A DNA stretch of 64,000 nt from Asterias rubens (lineage: Eukaryota). Where the stretch lies: the NCBI RefSeq assembly GCF_902459465.1, contig NC_047062.1:3658001-3722000 (forward strand). Reading direction: 5' to 3'. Every line of letters starts with the position of its first letter. Within the stretch, counting starts at the first letter, position 1. The notes under the pieces are model-generated. The model made no database searches and was not told where the DNA came from. It was given only the letters and a program-made list of their open reading frames with translations. This document shows positions 28,749 through 42,100 of this stretch, piece by piece. The position numbers were made by a program, and so were the translations under genes.

Positions 28749-31659
28749 TTAATAAAGGAAATAAAATGTTAACACTGGCATGAGGAACGGGCCATTATTG
28801 ATCGAGCCATTATTTGATCCTCTTGCCTGAGCTCCGCAATTTTGGAGAACAAAAATAAAGTTTTAAATTATTATCCAACATTTTAGCTTATAATATTATC
28901 ATAATACATAAATGACTCCTAAAGCAATTAACACACGTCATGTCAAGAGGCTTTACCTAATCACGTAAACAAATACTTTTGTTTTAAAAACCCACTACTG
29001 TGAGCATCCAATATTATAATGACTACTAACGAATGTATTATTTTCCTTCTCATTGAATATACCGTATATATACATGTGTATATGACAATATTTGTATGGA
29101 GTTAAAGCTAATGATCATTGTTATACCATAGAGCAAGGCATGGTTATATATATCCTGCTAAGCCAATAAGTTAGAAATAATAGACACGGATAAATATGAA
29201 TGTTTCCTAACAAAAAATGTAAACACACCGACGGGTATACAGCGTAGTATTATTCATTATATCCTGCACGCGAGGTCAGAGCGCCACGCGTTTGTTTAGA
29301 TTCAGTTATTAAATTAATAATAGTTTTATTAATATCCGGTGAAATGTTATACAATCTTTTTCTAATGTTTAACTTGCCGTCATGTAGGTCGTTTCCCGCC
29401 ATAGAGCTACACCAACACACACGACACCACATGTCGCGTGTCACACACGTCGTCAACACGAGATAGTGCTGGGATTTGGCGCGGTGCCAACACACAGGGA
29501 ACCACCACGCGGCGTATCCTCTACACACACGTTTTGGTGGTGGTGCTAGTAGTGTGCGATGCGGGTCGAGCGCTCTACATTCCAGGAATTAAAATTATAC
29601 AATTTAATTTCTAGGTCTGAAAAAAAAAAATGCTGCTAGGAGGAGCGCGGAAACTACTACTGTTTGTCTGTCTGCTGATATTTTGAGTGAATCGATGCCC
29701 CTGATAAGTGCGATTTAGACTACGCGGCTGTTTTGAGTCTGTTTTGTTTTAGAGCTACACAATTGTTTATATTATAGGTAGGACAATTCAGACCAAGTAG
29801 GCCTGTGCCCTATTTTTGTTAAGGATAAGAAATAAACGGACAAATTCTTTCCTGGCAATCACATCTACTTCGCAAATAATACCTTAAATAGGTTGTAGCT
29901 CCTCCTGACGATTTTCTTCCATCACTTTGGCCATGTAGCACACGGGTAATTCTCAAACAATGTGTTACGCACGACCCCCAAAACGATATTATGGCAACAT
30001 TCGTAATGAGACTGTCTTTTCTTCGTGGAGATTGCCTGGAACTGGTTGCCTGTAAATTGCTTAGTGTGATATGCAATGGCCATTAGAAATAGAACAACGA
30101 GAGTTTCAGAGTTTTAGCACCACACCGAGCATGGAAATCCCATGTATAAACCATTTAAACGGGTCATCACTCTCCACCCTGTTTTCATTTATTTTGACAC
30201 AGGCCCCTACTCTCACATTCAGGATATCTTCTAGATTGATGATGTTTTAGCTAGCTAGCTACGGCTAGCTAGCTAGTGTTGATAGCGCCCTCATGCGTAG
30301 GCTACTCGTCAACCCTTGCCAACCTTCGTCAACCACGCGTTGTAGTGTTGTTGTGTCTTGCAACATGCTAGCTGCGGCGAATAATACGGGTACGAAGCGC
30401 AAACAGTATGTTAAATCACAAGTGCGCCCTCTTATAAGGTATTTGCGGCATGAACAAACTGTTTGATGGGGCCCATACACGGTTAAATAATGTATTATTG
30501 ATCTAAATAAATGCATTTCAAAATGAATAGTTCTTGTCATCCTATACATTTGGATATATCTGCTTATAATATTTGGGCTTCTTCAATAAGTCTTCAGTAA
30601 AATAGCATTACGGTCAAAAAAATGTGTTTATCATTCCCCAAAAATATGCTGCTCGTCGCCAACCAGGACACGGTGAATGCTTTTGCTAGTACAATGAATT
30701 TATACAAGAATTTATAACTAAGAAAGTCCGGAATATTACACTGCTTGGGCCCGCATAAGTAATTTTAAAGTTTTACTATAACCAATTAACAAATAATTAA
30801 TATCGTTGTTCTTATAAAATGCAGCAGTATCTTTTGTTTTTTAGACCAAACTTCTAGTTTCCAAAGAAACGTATCTATCATACCAGAGATAGTTTAATTA
30901 CTAGATGCTCTATGCCCTAACACCATTTTGAAAACAGCGTAGTGGCTGCTAAGTTTTGTTTCCGGAGATTATAGTTTATAATATAGGAATATAAGATTTG
31001 AGGCATTGCATGGTGAGGTATCCATAGTTGTTTATGTTTCCGGTAAGTAAATTTCTCCTTCCCGACAACAAGAAAAATAAGATTAGATTCACAAGCACTA
31101 TTGGGTGATATTTTATACAGGCAAATTCTCAGACGACGAGTTGGTGGGATCGTTTTAATGCCAATTTATAAACAATCAGCGATTGATAATTCTGATCAAC
31201 CCCTAACTATAGTCATAGAGTATGTTCAAACAACAAGTCATGTCTTTCTGCGCAACTTCACACTTTGTCATCTTTTTAAAGTTTTAAAAACTCGATAATA
31301 GAATTCAAGCATTTTACTACCACCAACAAAATCGACTCAATTGCGACTGATTGAGAGAGAAAAAAACAACACGTGGAATTGATGCAACAGTTGCTGGACC
31401 CTGGGCTTATGTGGTTAGAAAGCTTGGGTACTGCCGTGTTCCGATCCCAGGGGGCGCCCCGGGTTACGAAGGTCGTGGACCCGCAGGTCGTATTTCATAC
31501 ATTTTGTTATCAACATGCCACCACACAACCCCCCTCTGGAAAAAAATTCTATTTTTATGGACCAGGAAAATAGTGGAGAAGCCCATCCCATATATACAAA
31601 AACCGAGTGTATGGTTCACACACACCATGCCACCACACACACAAATGGTCGTTTATTGT

Positions 31660-31780
31660 TGTCGATGACGTATGTCATAAGTGGGACTACGATCGCTGAT
31701 TGGTCTGTTTCCCACCATACACACCACGGACCCGGACTCATGTAGGTTATAAAAGCTACATAGTAATACTTTTTCGCGCG
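31660..31780 (+). promoter_or_regulatory. Candidate TIS11 core promoter
   Basis: TATAAAAG at 31748-31755; CRE-like TGACGTA at 31666-31672; CpG-rich context about 440 bp upstream of the ATG. Confidence 0.45.
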
Positions 31781-32190
31781 AACTTGTGGGCCAGAGGTAC
31801 ATGTGACTGTGAGTCGGAAATACGCTGGTCTAGCGTGCAATCATAACCAAACTATCTACACACTTACCCGGTGTGCTACATACACAGTACAGAAACCACT
31901 AGACTATCTAGTATTTTATAGTAACTTACTACTGAAATATAATTATCGTAACTGCTGTCCAGGATTGTTGAGTTCCTGCATTGTCTAAATTCAGTGTGTT
32001 CTGCAGATCTGCTTGATTGACATTTAAAAGCCACTCCTCCCATTGCTTGCCATTCAACAGACCTTCAGCAAACATTGCTTTTTAACGCGGTACAGCCAAG
32101 CAGGCAAGGCAAATTTGATCACAACATTTCCCGGCACGAGGAGTCGAGAAAAGGAACATCATCGTACTCTGACTTAGGATGCGTGACAAC

Positions 32191-32253
32191 ATGTCGACAG
32201 CCCTGGTATCGGCATTCTATGAAGTTAGTGATGCTCTCTACAATAACTATAAG
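32191..32253 (+). CDS. TIS11: TIS11 coding exon 1
   Basis: Resembles ZFP36L2 MSTTLLSAFYDV; an in-frame upstream ATG also exists at 32179. Confidence 0.88.
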
Positions 32254-33679
32254 GTAAGATTGTCTAAATGTCGACGTTTAAAAACTTGCTTGGGTTCGTT
32301 CATTAAATTCCACGCGCTATGCCATGTGTGCAGTCGGTGCGGGTATAGGAATTCTACAACCTGTTGCTGTGGATGTATCGGTATGTGGGCCATTGCGATC
32401 AACAGATGAAGTGCATTGCAGGTTTAAATACACGCAATCCAAATTTGATTTTGTGTATAATTTCTGCTGTATCTTGAGGGACTGAAGTCTTGTATATTTT
32501 GTGTGTGTGTGTGTACTCAATAGTGTTTCTTCTTTTCTCCCACAGTTGCAGAACCCACCTCCAACAACGCAAAGGCATCTAAAACTTGAAAGCAGAGCAG
32601 TGGGAACCCCGATCAATGGGGTTCTTCGGAGGCATTCCACAAGTTCGGCAAACATCACGAACGGAAACATCGTGAACACACCAAACACCAATGTTAACGT
32701 CAACGATGTGGGGAAACTACGGGACCGCGCCATGAGCGAGAGCGACCGTAACCAGCGGACCCAAACAAGTCGCTATAAAACAGAACTTTGTCGCCCATTC
32801 GAGGAGAACGGCACGTGTAAGTATGGAGACAAGTGTCAATTCGCCCACGGAATGCACGAACTAAGAAATCTCTCACGTCACCCTAAATACAAATCAGAGC
32901 TCTGTCGCACATTCCACACAGTCGGATTCTGCCCGTACGGACCACGCTGTCATTTTATTCACAACCCAGAAGAGCGTAAGCTCGGGGTTGCTTTCGCGGC
33001 AGCCGAGCAGGCCAAACTAGCCCGCGAACGTAACGGAGACCACCACCATGTTGAGAGGCCCAAGCTATTGCACTTCCCTAGTGCTCCAGTGGGCTCGACA
33101 TGTGGTGGCGACTTGACTCCACCATCAAGCGACAGTCCAACATCGATGACACCTCCACCTTCCATGTACGGCGACGACATGGCCCAACACATCAACATGC
33201 CCCTGAGTGTCAGCATGATGCAGAGCGTTTTCAACTTCACCCAGGGACAGAGAAACCATCAAGAACAACCCGAGCTTCCCAATATGATGTCGCCGATCAT
33301 GTCACCCACCATCAGCGGTGTCAACAGCCCATTCGGGCCCGGCCCGATGTCCCCCTTTACTCCCCTTCAGCAGCTGAGCCCGGAAATCGAGCAGCAATCA
33401 CTACCCAGTTTCCCCCCACCCTCCGTGAGCCGTCAGGACAGTAGCGTTTTCTTCCCCGAATCCAACAATCTTAATGACTATTCACGGAACACTTTCCGCC
33501 CCCCATCTCCCCCAGACTCTCTCTCAGACCCAGAGTCCTCCGTCGATTCCATGGGACCGGCTTCCCCTACCCCTCAATCAAACATCCCAATCACCAACCC
33601 CAGCTCAAGTTCCTCGGCAAACTTACGGCTCGGCCGTCTTCCCATCTTCCGCGGGATGTCCCACGAAGAAAGATTCTAA
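32191..33679 (+). CDS. TIS11: TIS11/ZFP36L (tristetraprolin-family) CCCH tandem zinc-finger ARE-binding protein, 2 coding exons, 398 aa
   Basis: join(32191-32253,32546-33679). Exon 1 is [21 protein letters not shown] with donor AAG|gtaaga; acceptor ttttctcccacag|. Contains two C-x8-C-x5-C-x3-H fingers with RYKTEL/KYKSEL leaders, [36 protein letters not shown] and a C-terminal CNOT1-binding RLPIF motif. A small first exon plus a large second exon is typical of the family. Confidence 0.96.
32546..33679 (+). CDS. TIS11: TIS11 coding exon 2
   Basis: In frame with ORF track 32501-33679; stop TAA at 33677-33679. Confidence 0.96.
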   Translation: MQNPPPTTQRHLKLESRAVGTPINGVLRRHSTSSANITNGNIVNTPNTNVNVNDVGKLRDRAMSESDRNQRTQTSRYKTELCRPFEENGTCKYGDKCQFAHGMHELRNLSRHPKYKSELCRTFHTVGFCPYGPRCHFIHNPEERKLGVAFAAAEQAKLARERNGDHHHVERPKLLHFPSAPVGSTCGGDLTPPSSDSPTSMTPPPSMYGDDMAQHINMPLSVSMMQSVFNFTQGQRNHQEQPELPNMMSPIMSPTISGVNSPFGPGPMSPFTPLQQLSPEIEQQSLPSFPPPSVSRQDSSVFFPESNNLNDYSRNTFRPPSPPDSLSDPESSVDSMGPASPTPQSNIPITNPSSSSSANLRLGRLPIFRGMSHEERF

Positions 33680-36110
33680 ACAAGCTTGCAAGGATATCCA
33701 CCTTGATTAAAAAAATGGATGCCAAAAACAGCTCACTTCTTATTCCTGACGACATGAGTTGAGATGTCTTCCCGTTTTTTGTATGGTCCTGATTCCATTG
33801 TAATAATTAAGGATTTGTATAAAATAATTTGATTGTATTTTATTAATATTAAAATATTTGAAATTGTTATCTGAATTAACATAACATTTGTTGATATTAT
33901 CCATGCTCCAGGAGTTATACTATTTATGAAAAAAACATTTCTGCACTTAAAACAGACTTAGCCTTTTATTATTAAACGGACCATGCAAGTCATTTATCAT
34001 TTTTCTCTTACTAGATTATTTAATTGTTATTTCTTTGTATTGTCGAAATTTGTACTATTCAATGCCGAGCATAGTAATGTTCGCAGTAAGTTTTAAACCT
34101 GCTTAAGTGCACCCCTTTCTTAGTATTTAAGTTATCCTTCTTATTTATTTGAAAACATTATTATATGCATTTGGTGAATTTATAATGCCCATATTTATCA
34201 GGTTTTACGATGATTAGATATATTATTATATATTATTATTATTGTGATGTGACGCTTGTGTTTTAAATTATATAAACTGTTCTCAAATTTTGTTGTCTTT
34301 GACGCCGTTAGATGAGTACTCAAGTCGCGTTCAGTATTTTTTACCTTTTTATTGTTTGCCCGAAGATTTCAGAATAGAAATCTAAACTTTGGGTTTTTAT
34401 TCTGTCAAAAGAGATTTGAATTATTCTTTTTTTTTCCGGAATGTCTTTTTGGATACGTGAGATGTGTATGAAAGAAACCATTCCGCGGTTTATATTACCA
34501 TAAGGTTACATAATTTAACTTTGTTAATCACTTTTTTTAACTCGAAAGCTTTTTACATAAAATGTGATTGATCATGTGTCTGGGAACTCTATCTGAGAGA
34601 ATCAATAGGTTTTGTAAATATTTCACTCTCTGGTAGATTTCTAAAACACACTTTCGTTGAACATTTAACTGTAATGCAAACCTTATTCATACCCACTTTG
34701 TGCAAAAAGAGAAAAGAAAGAAAAACAACTTTTACAACTGTAAAAACAAATTGTGCCACTATAGGGTTTATGCAACTCGTGCAACATAACGGTATATATC
34801 ATCGACGCAAAGATTTCAGCTTGTGATTGTACTAAAATTATTAACAATTTATAACTTAAACGACCTTGTAGCCAGAGTAATTTAAAAAAAGAATTGCATT
34901 ATGTTTTGATGAAACTAAGTTTGACAATTAATTTATTTGACACAGGTAAATTCTACCAACCCTTTACGAACTTTTCACACGTAATTCTTATAATGGTCCC
35001 CACGTGTTAATTTCTTTCTGATTTCTTTCCACTGGTGATGAAACGACAAGACTCGAGTTGCAATATTATGTGGAACTATATAAGGACGAAATTAAACAAA
35101 TCCCAAGAAAAACAAATGGGTCTTCCGTCGAAATTTTAAACCAAGAAATTTGAAAGATTTGCATTGCATTAATTAAGATGGTGCCAGAAGTTTGTTTCTG
35201 TTGATATATGTTGAGATTTTGATACACAATGTTTAAGCAAACACGTTTCAGTTTTGTGTTCAGTGCTTCCAAAGTAAAACATTCCATTTGTCAGTTTTAC
35301 AGTTCTCTCTATTAAAAAAACCCGATCCAACCACGATTGCTCTTATAAACTTCCATTCCGATTTTATCGTGTTGTTGTATTTAACTTTGATTTTAAGAAA
35401 AGACAAAACACCAAGCTATGCAAATTTGACTAACATTATTCCTATAATACACTGCCGCTTGGCGAGGGCCTTGCAATAACGTGTTAATGTTATTATTGTA
35501 CTTAGTTATAAATTATTTAAGACGAATTTTTAAGTTGACAGTTTTTCATGTCGATATTTTTTGAAGTGTGTCTCGGCTAATAAATAACACAAAAAGTGCC
35601 TTTTTTAGAGTTTGAATTTGAAAAGCCCAATGTTGCCTTTTTCTTGACACAACTTTTTTTCTGACGTGGCTTTATCTCTGTATTTAAAAAGGTTTTATTG
35701 CAAAAAAACAACTACAGGATCCGAAGTGCCTGCTAATTAAAAAAAACATTTAACAGAAAAACTGTTTTATCCAGTGCAACATAGTTTCTTAAGACTACGA
35801 GTAGTTGATATTTTTAAGATTGTCAGCCTTTTTCAGAAGTTCTTAACGCAAATTTTAGCTTTATAAATCTTTGAATATTCCCTACATTTTTGCGCATGGG
35901 CAATATTTGCTCATGCGCAGAGGATGGATTTTTTCGACTGTTAAAATGAAATTCAGTCGTTGGTTTGTATTGTAATGTATGTATCTGTGTGTTAAAAGCA
36001 TATTGTGTTGAATATGAGATATTAATGTTAAATTAAAAATGCGCAAAATATTTGAGAAATGATATACTGTGTGTCTTTTCAATTTATTTGTATGTGCTTT
36101 ATTTATTTGT
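33680..36110 (+). promoter_or_regulatory. Probable long AU-rich 3' UTR of TIS11 with AREs
   Basis: TTATTTATT at 34141-34149 and 36099-36107; TATTTAT at 33921-33927 and 34192-34198; AATAAA at 35579-35584; ATTAAA at 33971-33976. The true 3' end is unknown. Confidence 0.6.
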
Positions 36111-39100
36111 TACATGAGGCGGGTATATAGTAGCTTGTTGGTGATTCTAATCTATACTGCCCTTTAAAATTTAAACTATTGTGTAATTCCGTCTTCGGAA
36201 TTCGATTCGTGGAATACAATAGACGGAAATCGATTTGAAATCGATAGCTTGCGTCCATACTATAGTCAAGCAGTCAATTGGTCATGGATTATAAGGGTAG
36301 ACGTACATTGTTGTGCATTGGTGGGTTTTTTTTGTGCTCCAAATACTTTTTCTCCACTGAGGCCAGACCATGACTTATCGTGCATAACATATTGGCATTG
36401 GGAAAGCATTAAAGTAAACCTATCCTTCGGCACTGGTGTATTTTTTGTCGCTCTGAATACTTTTTTTCCCCACATTATGGCCAGACAATGACGTTAAGTT
36501 GACACTAGAGTTTTATCGTGCATAAACATTGTACAATATTGGGTTCCATAAAAGGGAATGCATTAAAGTAAAGCTATAACTGGGCAGTGTCTACAAGCCC
36601 ATACAACACAGATTCCATGCTACAATAATGTATTACAAAATTCCAGTGAAATAACTATGGCTTTACTAAAAGATTAAAATTAATCATCAGAAACCCAACA
36701 GAATAAAAACCACTTATCAACAAGTGGTGATTAACTCCGCTGTGTACTTCAGCGTTTAGAAAAGATAATGTGTTGAGATATAAAAACCAGGACTAATGAG
36801 TCAAAGTGCGAATTGTTATCTTTCCCCATCAGCTTTGGTGATAACACCAGTTATTGCAAAAGTTTCCGTATAAGGCCTAGTGCGAAACAGAAAATGGTCG
36901 TTGAATGTTGACACTGCGAGGTGAAGATCAACATGTAAACTAGCACTATGCAAATAATATGGCATGCTAGTTTGTCGCTGAAACTATTCGTTTAAAGCCC
37001 ACAAAACCGAGCCTTGTTAAACTCAGTCGCTTACAGCAAACCAGATGTATGGTTTGAAGATGAATGGTTAAAGCCCCCCCCCCCCCCCCCTGTGACACCA
37101 CATTATAATAAGGCTTATTTTGGTAAACCATGCTTAAAAAAAAAGGCGGATGTTTTAAAAATGCAATTGTTGATACGGTCCCCAGTTCAAACTAATGGAG
37201 TCGTTTACTTAAGAGGGAAATGCTATGCCTGTTATGAGTTTGTACGCTGTGCAAGCATGTATTCATCCATACCGTATACCTGGTCATAGTTACCATAATG
37301 CGATTTCGGTCGTACTCCATGCCTTGTTGTTCGGTAAAACTAACATTGTTGTGGGAAACCTTCGGGTGTATGTGTGCCTATTAAGTATTATATGCAGAGA
37401 GCTTTTTGGTCAGCCAAAAAGAAACCTTATAAAATGGTGTTGCTTTAGAAAACACTGAGCACGCGGACTGCAACGATTTGAAACCATGTACTTCCGCATT
37501 GTTATGTGCCTATGTTTTTCAGCTTCAGCATTTTTTTTTTAAGGATAGGGATCATGTTGGATTTAGTAGGGTATTTAGAGCGAGTGAACTTGTTGCATGT
37601 AGTGAATTTATATAGATTTCGTAAAATGCGCACTGTCGAGTAATGCACATAGGCTATAACGCAGGTAACGCAGTCATGGGGCCTATTTTATTTAAATCTT
37701 CTAATTGTTGGCAACATGACGTAACTACTAAAATGGTCCAACCAGTGTCCAACCATGGAGGTAGGATGGCTTCCTCCATGGATGGTCCAACTCATGTTAT
37801 CATCCGTTCGTGCATTTCGGACGAGGGGGGGGGGGGGGTGTCTCCTGGTTTTATTATTCAGCTTAAACCTTCCCAATGCATTCATGCAAAACCGATCGAA
37901 ACACGTCCAAATTGAGGATGCATTGTTGACATTTCCAAGTTACGAGGCATTGTGTGGCAGAGATAGGCTGATGAGCTGATCGACATTTCAAAGATTAGCA
38001 GTCACAAGATAGCACCTCGTAAGCCTAATTGTTATTTAGCGTCAAGTCTGTTTCCCCCTTTTTAAAGGAATTAAAAGCCCCAGTGAATATACCCCCCCCC
38101 CCCCCCCACTCTAGTCTGATAACTGATTATCAATCAGCATGATACCGAATAATGTGAGATCCTCTTGCAAAAATTGTATACAACAATCTGATTTTGTACG
38201 CCCGTCATAGGCCCCAATGATTAAGTGCCAATCAACGTAGCCCCAGCTACGGTTGTTTTATATAATTTTAAAGAAAACTGTTCATAATAATTCATTTTGC
38301 ATTTGAACTAGCCATGATATCGGTATTTTTTTCACATTTCGAACGTGCAAAATTATATTGGCCTGTACTCATTTCACACTTAAGACATCAAATATCACAT
38401 TTTTTAGTCACCTAAATGAGCTGGAGCGCTTTATTTTTCTTTCGTTGTTTTTCACCGGCAAAAAGCAAATTATCTAAATAATAATTGATGTATATTGTCT
38501 GATGGACAGTCTCACCACTAAACAGGTGGTATGCCTTTATTCATTCACATACTGAGGTTATTTATTAATTAATACAAATTTAATAGCTCATTAAAAATGA
38601 TGGCGCAAACTGCTTACTGATGTAGAAAACAAAATAGTTTATCCACCTTTTTATTCAGTTTTTACAAGTAGGGGGGCCTATGTTCGATTATTGGACAGAA
38701 TTGATAATGATATAGCTGAAAGTCACTGACAGTGTTCATGTTTGGTGTGTCCACCATTACATGAAATAACAAACCTGTGAATGTTGTATGAGTCAAAAAA
38801 ATAATATAATAGTGAAAAAACATGCACAGTTTTCAATTTCAGTGTGCCAAAAGATTGCCCTTATTTTATGTGGCAACCAAAATCAGCTGTTGCGCCTAAT
38901 AGGATTTCAGTTACAGTTCTCTGGAATACCCTACAACTTCATTTCAGAGGGAAATATTTCATAGATTTTTTTTTTAATAAAACTAAATTCGTAATCAGTA
39001 AGTTTCAGACTAATTAATAAAAAAATGATTACCAGCGATTTCTTGCAGCCTCAAGGAACACAGAGAAAGAAAGCGTCCCGGAATGTTATTCCAAGACAAC

Positions 39101-42100
39101 TTTTGCGTCAAGGCGGTCAACCTGGTGTATGTTAACCAATTTAAGACCATCTGGTCCAGGCTGCTCTGATTTTTAAAAACATTTTAGCTAAACGATAACA
39201 TCATCTTGAAATCAAATTTCGAGAAAGAAATGGGGAAAAAATCTGCACATCACCGCGCCTGGGATAAAAAACCTCTTCTTGAAAATGACTCTCTTGTCAA
39301 AATTAATAGTAATATTATAATTGGCGAAGGTGGTTGATATGTTGGGGATTTCTGATTTTAAGTATAAACAACAATCGGACGTTTGTTCCCGGCGTCTGGC
39401 AAATTTTGTTCACAGATCGAGTGGATTCCTTACACCCACGAGACGACTGGTATGCAAGGAGTCAAGTAGGTCGAAGGTCAAGGGGTAGTTCTCTCCCGCT
39501 CCCGCTCTGGGTGTTTTCCCATAGAGTGTACTGTAAGCTCTGGTTGAAGACTTATCACATTTTAAAGTTACTTGTGTATTGCATTATATTATAGCTGCAT
39601 ATTACGAGCATTGGAACAGCTGATGGTGTTTGATAAAATTATTTGGATTGGTTACTGGTGGTTGTGATGGTGTTCATGATTGTGTGTGGGGAGGAACTGC
39701 TCAACTCTTCGTAAACAAGTCATAAAATGTTTCTCTCGTCGCCATTTCGCAGATTTACTCCGATTTCACTATGGAGGTAGAAACTACCTCCATGATTTCA
39801 CTGAACACTACGCGGTTGACATTTTGTGTGAGAACTGTAAAGAAAATCGACGTGTTTTTGTACATAATACTATAGAAATGACATAAATATGATTATAAAA
39901 GCCATTTCAAAATTCTGAATTTTCATTGGTTAAAAAAAATAGTAATACACACGAGTCAAACAATGTACTATCCTACCCTTATAGCAACCAATGTGCTATA
40001 CCCCATAGCAACAACACCTTCTTTGTAAATTTGACGTCTATGCCAATATCCATGTTATAAAAAATATCGACTGCTTTAGTTTTACAAGTGCCAATGATCA
40101 CCTCGGAAAAATGTAGTTTTATTTTAGCACTCGAAGCATGCATTTGCAAATTAAAACATTAATTTATTATAATGTGAGCTTTGTTCAGGCGCATTGATGT
40201 ACATGTAGCCTATGTACTCTCTCATTTCATGTTGACATGACAGACCTTAACCCATTGTGACAGTTGCTTGATTCAATCTACCCAGACGGATTAATTTCAT
40301 CAGAGATTTGTAATTTCTTGTAATACCGGTCATAATGTGTACTCGGAACAGCATAAAAATAAAGTGTGATCATATACAGCTCCATGGTGTTTCCCACTGC
40401 CAAGTTCATGTAGTCAGACTTGAAATCAAGTCTAAAAGCTAAACCCACAGCCCCGGTTCAACAATCCCTCCAACGGGAGGAAGCGTGTGTATTCCGCTGC
40501 CACTGCATGTACACCATCCCCCTAGCTTCCTAAGCGTCATTTCCACATGGAAACTTAGCTTTGGGAAAGGAGATGCTGAAAGAGAAAGTTTAAAGCTATA
40601 CAGGGCTTTCAGACCAGATGTCATCAGTGACGGCATGCGTTGATGTGCCACAGGGACAATCAAAACATGCAGTTTTGTGGAAAAAAATTGCTAAAAAAGT
40701 ATGACGAGTGTGGGTCCACATAATGTAATTTCAGCATCATTTTGTAGTTTTTAGGGTCGTTTTTGTTCACATTAACCCTGCATCTTAAAAAGCCAAACTT
40801 TTCAATTGGCTGGTGCAATAAGGGATCGACAGACATGAGTGTGCAGTGCATGATGCAGGTTAACGAAGAGGGGTGAACAAGTGCAGTGGATATGCTGGGT
40901 GAAGTGGTAACATTTTGTGGGTTCGCCTTTGTATAATTATATGCAACGATAACAAGCTCATTGTTTAAATTAAATACTGGGCTTCTGAATGACAACGACT
41001 ATTGATTCATTGAGACTTGAGTTTGAATGATGTCATATATTTATTTGCCAAAATTAGTTCTCAACGAATGAATTGAGTGACTTTCTTTATCGATTGACGA
41101 TGAATTCAGAACCTATAATATTTAAGACCCCTCCCCACTAATACTCGGGCTTCATCAACACATTTAAGTTATATTTACTATATAAGACTTGCCTGTTTCA
41201 TCTTGCGGTGTGACGGGTTTAACTTTTCAACCACAGTCTAAGATCTTGTGCTAAAATTCGCACACATAACAAACCATCTCAATACAATTTGAAAATATTT
41301 TCAAAGTTGACGCAAACTATAGCTTTACATTTCAGTAGGCGTGCCATTGTGTTTAATCTTTCAATGTTTGACTATTTTGCCCTATTTAGACCTTGTTTTT
41401 CCTGTGAGCAAATTTTCAACACGGCCCCTCACTGATGTCACAAACCACGTGACATGTGCCAAGAAACTACGGGAACTTACTCACAGATTAACTTTGCTCC
41501 TTTTTTGACATCGAACTTTCTGTGGTTAAGCTTTGGCTAAAGGGGACATCGAGTCACGTACATTGTTTCAGGGCAGGCTACACTTCAAACCTCTGCAAAT
41601 ACTTTCAATTGTCAACTAATAAACTTATAAAGTGCTGTTCCAGGGGAGATATTATATTTACTTTGTAACGTTGGCAATATGATTTAACTTAATATGTAGG
41701 CAAATTATGTCAAAACCACGATACTTTACTTATCTATGTATATGTAATAATATGTTCTGACTGACGATTTTCAACCGTGGGAAAAGACGTTCAATAACAT
41801 ACCCATTGTGTTTAACAATAATCATGCAGAGAAGTACAACACGTTTCTTTATTTTGTACTTAATGTGCAGAACATTTGTCTTTATTTTTTATTTAATGTG
41901 CAGAACACTTATCTTTAAACTTTGAGCAGAGGAAACACCTCGAATTCGATCTTTCTTATTCTATAGTATTTTAGAAGGACTACAAATCATGGCAATTTCT
42001 AACAGCACAATCTGTGCGTGGGCTTTAGTTTTCCAAAAAACACTTGTCAAATAATAATTACTTCATTTTGTGACAGATTATGAAGAGCCTGTCTTTAAAA

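Noticed and set aside
32317-33710. Overlapping ORFs 32317-32733(-), 32959-33240(-), 33100-33444(+) and 33474-33710(+) within TIS11
   Set aside because: Expected shadows of a GC-richer coding exon; no recognisable domains.
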